Below, one piece after another: positions 8,242 through 15,770 of a DNA stretch of 64,000 nt. The stretch comes from Acidobacteriota bacterium. GTDB taxonomy: Bacteria > Acidobacteriota > Vicinamibacteria > Vicinamibacterales > UBA2999. Numbering within the stretch: the first letter of the stretch is position 1; each line of letters begins with the position of its first letter. The notes under the pieces were generated by a model. The model was not told where the DNA came from, did no database searches, and saw only the letters and a list, made by a program, of their open reading frames with translations. The position numbers were made by a program, and so were the translations under genes. The stretch lies in assembly GCA_041178345.1 (NCBI GenBank), contig JBEGVQ010000109.1, forward strand, positions 11,074-75,073. The letters are read 5' to 3'.

Positions 8242-11200
8242 TTAGAAGATGTGCCCAATCCCGAAGTACCAACGGCCTCCGCTGAGGCTGTTGGGCTTCC
8301 GGGTCGAGGTGGTCGGGAATTCCGAGGCGGGAATACCGAAATCCACGCGCAGCATCCCGACCGGCGTCGAGAAGCGAAGTCCCCCGCCGTAGCCGATCTT
8401 CAGGGCGCTCCAGCTGAACGCCTGGTCGATCCCCAGCAGGTCTCCCGCATCGACAAAACCCACGCCGTTGATCCATCGATAGATCGGAAAGCGCACTTCC
8501 TGGTTCAGCACCAGCAGCGTTTCGCCGCCGAGCGGCAGGCCAAAGAAGTCGCGCGGACCCAGGCTGCCTTCGCCGTAGCCGCGCACGCTGGTCGCACCGC
8601 CGGCGTTGAAGCGGGCGCTCGGCAACAGCGGGTCGGGCCCAAACTTCTTGCCCCACTGGAGGCGCGATGCCAAGACGACGCGGCCGAGGGGTGCGAACGC
8701 GTACTGCTGCACCAGCAGCTTGCGATTGCTGACGTCGGAACCGAGCCACGACGCCGCATGATCGAGCGATGCCGACGAGAACGTGCCCCTGACCGGCGCC
8801 AGCGGATCATCGCGGCGGTCCCACAGCGCGGCGCTGCTGAGCGAGGCGAGGTTGCTGACAAAGTCGAGCGGCACCACGTCGTTGCCGGGCTCAGGGTCGT
8901 AGGTCCGCGATCGCTCGAAGCGGTAGCCGTAGACCACCTGCAGGCCGCGCGGCCGCCAGCGCTGGTCGGCGCTGAAGCCCTGGACGTCGTTGATCGCGAC
9001 GATCTCCTGCCCGCCATCGTCGCGAATGTGATCGCGCGAGTAGAACCCGTACAGACTGGACCGGGCGCGCCAGCCGAACAGCCGTGACGTCGCCAGGAAC
9101 AGCGTCGCGTCCTGGCGATCGTACTGATACATGCCGAACGCGCCGAAGGTGAGGGCGCGGCCGAACAGGTTCGGGTTCTTCAGCTCGGCCACCACGCCGG
9201 CATTGCGGGTGCTCGTGAACTCATCCAGCTCGAGTTCGCGGTTGCCTTCCAGCTGAAGGCCGTAGCGGAACGTCCACTGGGGGTACTCCTGCACCACCAC
9301 CACGGCCTTCACCGGCTGGACGCCATCGACCGCCTCGCCAACCGGCACGGCCTGGACGTCCACGAGCCGGAACACGTTGGTGTCGTACAGGCGCTTGCGC
9401 GCCACCGACCACTCGTCGAGATCCACCGGCTGGCCCAACTCGAAGCGCAGCGCGCCGGTGAGCACGTCGCCGCGCGTGATCTCGAGACCGCTCGTCTCGA
9501 CCTCCTGCAGCACCTGCTGCGGCCCCTCCGTGATCGCGAACGTGAGGCGGACGGTGTCGTCGCCCGCCACTTCCGGCAGCACTTCGACGTCGGCCGCATT
9601 GAAGCCGTCTCGCCGGTACTGCTCCTCCACCCGGACGCGGGCGGCGCTGACCTCGGTGGCCACGTACGGCGCGGGGGTCGGCATGACAGCCACCTTCTGG
9701 ATGGCCGCGAGGCGGCGCTCGGGCACGCCCTCGAACTGGACACTCGTCACTTGCGTCTGCGGACCTTCGACAATGGTGATGGGCAGGACGCCGGTGTCGC
9801 CGTCGATGGTCAACGGGCCGCCCGTCACCCGGGCCTTGAGATACCCGGCCTCGTGGTAGGCGCTGACCAGCAGTTCCTCAACCGGCGTGCGGTTGAGCCA
9901 CGCATCCACGTCCAGCCCCTGCGCGACGATCGCGTCGAGCAGCCGGTCCCCAGCGAGCGCCTGCTGACCGGTGACCCGAATCTCGCGGCTGCTGACCCGC
10001 ACGCCCTCGGTCACCTCGATCGTCAGCCGCTTGGTGTCGGGCAGCGACCGATCGACCGTGCCCACCACGACGCTGCCGAGCTCGTTGGTGCCGACCAGGT
10101 AGCGGCGAACCCGGTGCGTGAGATCGTCGATCAGGAACTGGTCGAACGCGTTGCGGTGCCAGGCCTCCTCGAGTTCAGCGGTGAGGCTCGCCGGCAGCGT
10201 CGTGCCAACGATGGCGAGTTCCGTGCGGGGGCCGCGATCGACCGTGTACTCGACCGTCACGGTGCCTGACCCCGGCACCTCGACGCGGCGGGTCCGTACG
10301 CGCGCCTCGAAATATCCCTGGGCCTTGAAGCGATCGCGCACCCGGTCGACATCGCGCTGCAGCACCAGAAAATCAAAATCGTCGCCGGGGCCGAGGGCGA
10401 TCTCGGCGCGCACCTCCCGCTCGATGGCGGGCTCGACGCCGGCAAACGCGATCGCCGCGACCGTGGGCTTCACGCGCAGTTCCGCGGGCTTGCGCCCGAC
10501 GCCGCCGCCAAACGTCACCTGGTGCCGAATGCCGAGGCTCGCCGTGTCGTCGTCACGCGACAACGCGCGAATCTCGATCGTCGGCGTGACGTAGTAGCTG
10601 ATGACGAAGGTGGTGTTGCCGCTCTCGCGCAAGTTCTGCGACACCGTGAACTCGACCTGCCGGCTCAACCGCTTCGACAGCGTCAAGCGCGTGGTCGGGT
10701 CGGTGCGGTCGTTGCCGACGAGCGACGGGTCGTCGCGGAAGTCGGGATCCTCGAAGTCGCCGCGTTCGACGCGGAAGGTGTCGAGGCCGATAGCTCGCCC
10801 GGTCACGCCCAGCAGGTCGGCCGACAGGAGCGTGAGCGCCGTGCCGGTATTGGTCTGGCCCAGTAGTTGTGCCGCCAGCTCGCCCGGCGTGCTCGACCCG
10901 TCTTCCGAGGTGAGGTCGATCGACGGTCGTTCCAGCGTGCCGGTCAAGGTGAGGGTCGCCGTGTCGCCACCGCCAAGCGGCGCCTCGGCGACGATATTGA
11001 ACTCGGGCCGGATGCGGCGGAGATCGGTGAACGAGATGTCGCCGCGGGTCAGGCGGAAAGTGCGGCCGGCCAGGAAGATCTCGCCACCTTCGCGCAACGT
11101 GATCCGTCCGTCCATGCCGGGCGCCGCCGCGGTGCCGGTGACGCGAACGTTGACGGCCGCGCCGAGCCGGCCATAGTTATTGTCGACGGTCAGGTCGTCG

Positions 11201-14200
11201 CTGGTCGTGACGTTCAGGTTCAGCCGGACGCGATCGAGGTACGGCTGTTGTGGCGTGGGCGAGACCGGCAGGGTGGCGCGGCGGGCCAGCGCGGTGAGGG
11301 TGATGGTGTCGGTATAGGCGCTTTGCAGCACCCGGATATCGCCGGTCACGATCGGCCCTTTCGGATCGGGGCGAAACGTGATCAGCGCGTCGACCTCGCT
11401 GCGGAGTCCGGCAATCAGCTCAATCGGCACGCCCTGGGCCTGGATGTTGACGGCGCCGTCGAGCGCGTCGACGCCCGATCCCTGCAGCGATCCGTCCAGG
11501 CTGAGCGTGCCACCATTGGCGAGACCGCGAATGCCGTCGAGCACCACCCGCTGGCCGTCGAGCAGGATCAAGCCGTTGAGGCCGGAGAGCACCAGGCGTG
11601 GTTCCGCGATCGCGACCTCCGCGTCCCGCAGGCCCACCTCGCCGTTGAACAGCGGGCGCGACACGGTGCCGCCAATCACGGTGTTGAGGTTGGCGTTGCC
11701 GTCGAACGCCAGCGTGCTGACGAAAGCCGACAGCACGCGCAGGTCAACCAGGCCCTGGACCGACAGGTCGAGCGGCGGGTCCTCGGCGGCAAAGCCCACT
11801 GACCCGTCAATCACCAGCGGGTTGTGCGCCACCGACCACGAGATATCGGCCACCGCCAGCGTGCCGCGCGCGAACTCGACCCGCGAGGGCCGCTGCTGCT
11901 CGACCGGGATGCCGGAGAACGTGAACTTGGCGGCATCGACGGTGAGCTCTCCGGCGACGGCGGTGAGTGCGAGGACCGGGACCTCGGCCCGGGCGGTAGC
12001 GGCGAAGCTGCCCACCACGCCGCCGCTGGCGACATCGCCGGAGAGCCGTGACACGGTCAGCGCCTCGCCCTGCAGCACGGCCTCGACGTTCAGGTTCGTG
12101 ACCGCTTGCGGGCCACCGCCCCAGTTGAAGGTGCCGGCCTTGAGCGACAGGGTCGCGAGCGTGCCGGCGCGGCTGCCGTTTGACCGGAGGTCCAGCGACA
12201 GCGGGCCCGAGCCGTCGAAGGTGACCGGCACGCCGACCGCCCGGCCCATGCGGATGGCGTCCTGGAACTCGCCGCTGAACTGTCCCTGGAACGCACCGTC
12301 GAGTTTCGTGTTCCACTCGCCCGCTGCCGTCAACCGGCCCGCGCCGATGCGGACATCGAGGTCCGTCAGCGTCACCTCGTCGCCGCGCCACACCACGCTG
12401 GCCGGCGCGTTCACGCTCACGGGCACGCCGCCAATGCCGGCGTCGAGTTCGGTGAGGTTGACAATGGCCAGGCGGTCGCGGGCGTCGGCGAGCCGGCCCG
12501 AGGCGGTCACGCTGCCGCTGGCAAAGCCGAGGATCTCGGACGAGACGGCGTCGAGAAACGGCGACAACCGCGCCAGCTCCAGGCGGTCGAGCCCGGCGGT
12601 CGCGCGATAGTCGTAGGGCGAGGCGGTGGCGATGTCGGCGGTGACGAGCGCGCCGACCGACGGCAAGCGGACGACGACCCGCGCCTGGTCGCCCATTAGA
12701 TCCGCGGTCAGGTCGCCGGCGCCGATCACCGTGCCGGCCTTGCCGCCGGTGAGCGAGAAGTCGACGCGGGCCTGGCCGCCTGGGCGCGCCGTGGTCCCGG
12801 TGCCGTCGAACTGCATCGAGAACATGGCTTGCGTGTCGTTGGGTGCCAGTACGCTCCCCTGCCAGGTCAGCCGATCGCCCTTGAGGTTGGCGGCATAGGC
12901 GCCCGTTTCCCAGGCGTAGCGCACGCGGCCGTCGAGGAAGCCGGCGCCCTGGCGCAGTTCGAGCGACGTGACGTCGATGTCGGCGGCCGTCACCATCGCC
13001 TTGGCAGTGGCGCTCGCGAGCGGCTGACCGGCCCAGGTCAGCGTCGTCCCGGTGATCGTGGTGTCGAGCGTGTAGTCGTCGAACGTGCCGCCCAGCAGGG
13101 CGGTGGCGCGCATCGGCCCGACGACCCGCCACGCCTCGGGCACGTCGGCCTGGAGTTCCTCGACGCGCGGCGCGTCGACGGTGAAACTCCCGCGCCACGT
13201 CTCGCCGGTGATGTCGGCAACGGCCTGGCCCCTGATCGTCGCCGTGCCGCGGCGGACGTCGATGCCCCTGATGTCGGCGCGGCGCGTGTCGGCGACCACG
13301 TGCGCGGCGGCTTGCACGCGCCCCAGCAGGGGCACCTCGACCGCGTCGCCGGTCACCTGCGTCTCGACCTGCGGCAGCTGGTAGGAACCTGCCAGGGTCA
13401 TGGGCACGTCAATCGCGCCATGAACGTCGGCGGCGATCTCGGGAACGGGAAAGCCCAGCGTCGCCAGGCCTTGCGCCGCCGTGGCCACGTCGCTCACCCG
13501 CGCATGCGCGGGGCCGGTCATGGTGGACAGCAACGCGGACTCGCGGTCGATGCGGCCCGCCATGCGGCCCTCGATCGCGGCACCCGGCAACGTGTGATTG
13601 TGATCGAAGCGGTAGTCGTCGCCGACGATCGTCGCCCGGAGGGTGCCGGACATGGGCACGTGGTTGCGCGTGGCGCGGCCGGTCGCGCGGTTGGTGATCT
13701 CGAAGCGGCGCGGCTCGCCGAACTCGAAGGTGCCGCTGCCGTCGAAGCCGGCGGCAATGGCCCGGGGGGTGACGTCGGCCAGGTCGAGCGCGGTTTGCGC
13801 GTCGAGCGCCCGCCACGACGCGGTGGCCTTGCTGATCGCGGTGCCGCCCCAGGGCACGTTGAAGTCGGCGCGAATCTCGCCACCCGAGCGCGGCGTGATG
13901 GCCAGCGCGGTGCCCGAGAACGATTCGAAGGTGACCAGCACGGGGCCCGACAGCGTGAGCTGGCGTGCGCGGCCGACGGCCAGCGTGGTGCTTGACGCGC
14001 GCAGCGTCGTGACGACGTCGCTGGGCGGTCCGGTGACGGTGCCGTCGATGGTGACCAGGCCGCCGACCGGCACGGGCGGCGGCGGGACCCAGGTCGTGGC
14101 GTGCTCGAGATCGACGGTGCCCTCGAGGGTGAGGGCGAGGCGTGGCGAATCCAGCACGCGGTGGATCGTGCCGCTCAAGAAGGCGTTCAGTTCCGGCGAG

Positions 14201-14865
14201 ACCAGCCGGGCGTCGGCCAACGTCAGGTCGGAACCATCGAAGGTCATGACGGTATCGAACGGGGCCATGGTCAAGATGCGCTCGCGCAGCCGCACGGCGA
14301 GCGGACCGCGCACGGCGAACGCGCCCTCGGCGCCGAGCGCGCCGCTCGTGAGCGCCGACTCGATCTGCGGAATCTTGACGCCCCAGTCGCGGACCATGTC
14401 GGCGTACTGCACGTCGAGGCCGCGCAGCGTCAGGCCGCGAAGGTCGAGGCGACGCGGTGTGTCCGGCGTGGGTTGTCCGGAACCCGGCGGCAAGTTGGTC
14501 ACGCCGTTCTCGTCGCGAACGATGTCGACAATGGCGTGGTCGACGCGCAGGTGATCGATGGCGAAGCGGCCGCGGAACACCATCCACGGCAGCGTGACCT
14601 CGACGCGCTGGGCGACCAGGAACGGCCGGTCGTCGTGCCCTTCGGCCGCGAGGCGCACGTCGGTGAGCGTAATGCGGCGGGTCAGCGCGTTGTAGCTCAG
14701 GTCGTTCGCGCGGAGCACCAGGTCATGGCGCGAGACGAAATCGCCGGCCCACGCCAGGGCGCGGGTGCGGGCCCATGGGGTGTGAATGAGCAGCAGGGCG
14801 GCCACAATGACCACGGCGGCGATTGCCGCCGGTACGACCAGCCCCCGCCGCACCCAAACTCTCAC
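8242..14865 (-). CDS. TamB/AsmA-like translocation-and-assembly protein fused to a POTRA + Omp85 (BamA/TamA family) outer-membrane beta-barrel
   Basis: Uninterrupted 2207-codon ORF with a GTG start. N-terminal anchor VVPAAIAAVVIVAALLLI. A long beta-rich repetitive region ends in a DUF490-like block (RLTLSKRLSRQVEFTVSQNL...VISYYVTPTIEIRALSRDDDTASLGIRHQVTFGG). POTRA-like repeats follow (VAAIAFAGVEP..., VSSREIRVTGQQAL..., VTSVQFEGVPERR..., LQEVETSGLEITRGDV...). The Omp85 barrel ends GGLRFSTPVGMLRVDFGIP...RWYFGIGHIF. Confidence 0.85.
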   Translation of the reverse strand: MRVWVRRGLVVPAAIAAVVIVAALLLIHTPWARTRALAWAGDFVSRHDLVLRANDLSYNALTRRITLTDVRLAAEGHDDRPFLVAQRVEVTLPWMVFRGRFAIDHLRVDHAIVDIVRDENGVTNLPPGSGQPTPDTPRRLDLRGLTLRGLDVQYADMVRDWGVKIPQIESALTSGALGAEGAFAVRGPLAVRLRERILTMAPFDTVMTFDGSDLTLADARLVSPELNAFLSGTIHRVLDSPRLALTLEGTVDLEHATTWVPPPPVPVGGLVTIDGTVTGPPSDVVTTLRASSTTLAVGRARQLTLSGPVLVTFESFSGTALAITPRSGGEIRADFNVPWGGTAISKATASWRALDAQTALDLADVTPRAIAAGFDGSGTFEFGEPRRFEITNRATGRATRNHVPMSGTLRATIVGDDYRFDHNHTLPGAAIEGRMAGRIDRESALLSTMTGPAHARVSDVATAAQGLATLGFPVPEIAADVHGAIDVPMTLAGSYQLPQVETQVTGDAVEVPLLGRVQAAAHVVADTRRADIRGIDVRRGTATIRGQAVADITGETWRGSFTVDAPRVEELQADVPEAWRVVGPMRATALLGGTFDDYTLDTTITGTTLTWAGQPLASATAKAMVTAADIDVTSLELRQGAGFLDGRVRYAWETGAYAANLKGDRLTWQGSVLAPNDTQAMFSMQFDGTGTTARPGGQARVDFSLTGGKAGTVIGAGDLTADLMGDQARVVVRLPSVGALVTADIATASPYDYRATAGLDRLELARLSPFLDAVSSEILGFASGSVTASGRLADARDRLAIVNLTELDAGIGGVPVSVNAPASVVWRGDEVTLTDLDVRIGAGRLTAAGEWNTKLDGAFQGQFSGEFQDAIRMGRAVGVPVTFDGSGPLSLDLRSNGSRAGTLATLSLKAGTFNWGGGPQAVTNLNVEAVLQGEALTVSRLSGDVASGGVVGSFAATARAEVPVLALTAVAGELTVDAAKFTFSGIPVEQQRPSRVEFARGTLAVADISWSVAHNPLVIDGSVGFAAEDPPLDLSVQGLVDLRVLSAFVSTLAFDGNANLNTVIGGTVSRPLFNGEVGLRDAEVAIAEPRLVLSGLNGLILLDGQRVVLDGIRGLANGGTLSLDGSLQGSGVDALDGAVNIQAQGVPIELIAGLRSEVDALITFRPDPKGPIVTGDIRVLQSAYTDTITLTALARRATLPVSPTPQQPYLDRVRLNLNVTTSDDLTVDNNYGRLGAAVNVRVTGTAAAPGMDGRITLREGGEIFLAGRTFRLTRGDISFTDLRRIRPEFNIVAEAPLGGGDTATLTLTGTLERPSIDLTSEDGSSTPGELAAQLLGQTNTGTALTLLSADLLGVTGRAIGLDTFRVERGDFEDPDFRDDPSLVGNDRTDPTTRLTLSKRLSRQVEFTVSQNLRESGNTTFVISYYVTPTIEIRALSRDDDTASLGIRHQVTFGGGVGRKPAELRVKPTVAAIAFAGVEPAIEREVRAEIALGPGDDFDFLVLQRDVDRVRDRFKAQGYFEARVRTRRVEVPGSGTVTVEYTVDRGPRTELAIVGTTLPASLTAELEEAWHRNAFDQFLIDDLTHRVRRYLVGTNELGSVVVGTVDRSLPDTKRLTIEVTEGVRVSSREIRVTGQQALAGDRLLDAIVAQGLDVDAWLNRTPVEELLVSAYHEAGYLKARVTGGPLTIDGDTGVLPITIVEGPQTQVTSVQFEGVPERRLAAIQKVAVMPTPAPYVATEVSAARVRVEEQYRRDGFNAADVEVLPEVAGDDTVRLTFAITEGPQQVLQEVETSGLEITRGDVLTGALRFELGQPVDLDEWSVARKRLYDTNVFRLVDVQAVPVGEAVDGVQPVKAVVVVQEYPQWTFRYGLQLEGNRELELDEFTSTRNAGVVAELKNPNLFGRALTFGAFGMYQYDRQDATLFLATSRLFGWRARSSLYGFYSRDHIRDDGGQEIVAINDVQGFSADQRWRPRGLQVVYGYRFERSRTYDPEPGNDVVPLDFVSNLASLSSAALWDRRDDPLAPVRGTFSSASLDHAASWLGSDVSNRKLLVQQYAFAPLGRVVLASRLQWGKKFGPDPLLPSARFNAGGATSVRGYGEGSLGPRDFFGLPLGGETLLVLNQEVRFPIYRWINGVGFVDAGDLLGIDQAFSWSALKIGYGGGLRFSTPVGMLRVDFGIPASEFPTTSTRKPNSLSGGRWYFGIGHIF
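8245..9288 (-). other. Omp85/surface-antigen beta-barrel portion of the fusion ORF (about residues 1861-2207)
   Basis: Alternating-hydrophobic strands, SVRGYGEGSLGP motif and C-terminal aromatic residue (IF). Confidence 0.7.
9289..10500 (-). other. POTRA-repeat portion of the fusion ORF (about residues 1456-1860)
   Basis: About 400 aa of repeated beta-alpha-alpha-beta-beta-like units between the DUF490-like block and the barrel. Boundaries approximate. Confidence 0.55.
10501..14865 (-). other. TamB/AsmA-like portion of the fusion ORF (about residues 1-1455)
   Basis: Boundary placed by counting residues back from the C-terminus to the end of the DUF490-like block. Approximate to about 20 codons. 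Confidence 0.6.
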
Positions 14866-14919
14866 AGTTCGATTCTAGTCCTGCAATTGAGGTACCATTC
14901 GCCGGTGGAGGATCAGCTC

Positions 14920-15468
14920 ATGCGTATGAAGTCATGGCTCACGGTCGGCCTCGGCGCCGCCCTGAGTCTGGTGACGAGCGCGGCGGGCATGGCCCAGGCA
15001 CCAGCGGCATTGAAGGTTGGTGACATGGCCCCCGCGTTCTCGGCGCCCGGATCGGATGGTAAGACCCACACGCTGGCCGAGTCGAAAGGCAAGCAGGCGG
15101 TGGTACTCGCGTGGTTCCCGAAAGCCTTTACCGGTGGTTGAACGGCCGAATGCAAGTCGCTCCGTGAGAGCGGCGATCTCATCCGGCAGTACAACGTCGC
15201 GTATTACATGATCAGCACGGACACGATTGAGGACAACACCAAGTTCGCGCAGATGCACGAGGCGGACTATCCCATCCTCAGCGATGTGACCAAGCAGATT
15301 GGCACCAATTACGGCGTTCTCGGTGTCACGGGCATGGCGCGGCGGTGGACGTTCTACATCGACCCGGACGGCAAGATCCTCCACATCGACACCGCCGTGA
15401 AAGCGGCGTCGGCGGGTCCCGACATGGTGGCGAAACTCGGCGAACTGAAGATCGCAAAGCGTAAGTAG
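14920..15468 (+). CDS. Secreted Bcp/PrxQ-type peroxiredoxin with an in-frame TGA (15139-15141) at the peroxidatic-Cys position; candidate selenoprotein (alternatively a nonsense pseudogene)
   Basis: ATG at 14920 follows GGTGGAGGA. Signal peptide MRMKSWLTVGLGAALSLVTSAAGMAQA. The frame is continuous from 14920 to 15468 except for one TGA. Translation reads ...VVLAWFPKAFTGG[TGA]TAECKSLRES...YPILSDVTKQIGTNYGV...ARRWTFYIDPDGKI. So the universal Prx motif PxxxTxxC reads PKAFTGG-U with a resolving-type Cys 4 residues later. Confidence 0.6.
15145..15187 (+). promoter_or_regulatory. SECIS-like extended hairpin starting 4 nt after the in-frame TGA
   Basis: Upper stem GTCGCTC (15156-15162) pairs with GAGCGGC (15168-15174): 7 bp including one G-U, with loop CGUGA containing GU. 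Lower pairs are ATG (15150-15152) with CAT (15080+100 i.e. 15180-15182), and GCCG (15145-15148) with CGGC (15184-15187). Paired by eye only. Confidence 0.4.
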
Positions 15469-15501
15469 AATCCGGCTTCAGCCGTAATAACTAAACCACG
15501 A

Positions 15502-15537
15502 CCGACCTGGCCCGCAGCAACGGCGCGGCCAGGTCGG
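15502..15537 (+). terminator. Hairpin downstream of the peroxiredoxin gene (11-bp perfect stem CCGACCTGGCC/GGCCAGGTCGG, 14-nt loop)
   Basis: Read directly from the sequence, 34 nt after the stop at 15468. No U-tract. Confidence 0.4.
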
Positions 15538-15684
15538 CCTCTCCCGCCACCGTGACGCGCCGTCCGAGCACCGTTCCCGCCAGCGCGTAATCGAACCTCC
15601 GCCACCCATCATCGGCCGCGATCGTGACCAGCAGGTCGGGCGCCGCCGGGCCATGCTATTCGGGGCGGGCTGTCGCCAAAGGTC

Positions 15685-15713
15685 TTGACACCACGGCCAG
15701 TCCCCCTTAATGT
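15685..15713 (+). promoter_or_regulatory. Sigma70-like promoter for the TonB-dependent receptor gene
   Basis: Consensus -35 TTGACA (15685-15690), 17-nt spacer, -10 TAATGT (15708-13). About 50 nt upstream of the ATG at 15771, which follows GAGGGAG. Confidence 0.4.
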
Positions 15714-15770
15714 CCGCGGCGGATGCCCGGCTTCACTTCTATCAATCCATCGAACCCGAGGGAGTCAAAC

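Noticed and set aside
15500-15655. Protein-like reading on the minus strand (…PDLLVTIAADDGWRRFDYALAGTVLGRRVTVAGEADLAAPLLRARSVVV-stop) in the gap between the peroxiredoxin and the TonB receptor genes. Also the 83-aa ORF at 15354-15605.
   Set aside because: The protein-like frame is bounded by a stop about 54 codons upstream and has no start codon or ribosome-binding site. It may be a relic of a lost gene, but that cannot be supported. The 83-aa ORF is Arg/Gly-rich, overlaps the peroxiredoxin 3' end, and looks spurious.
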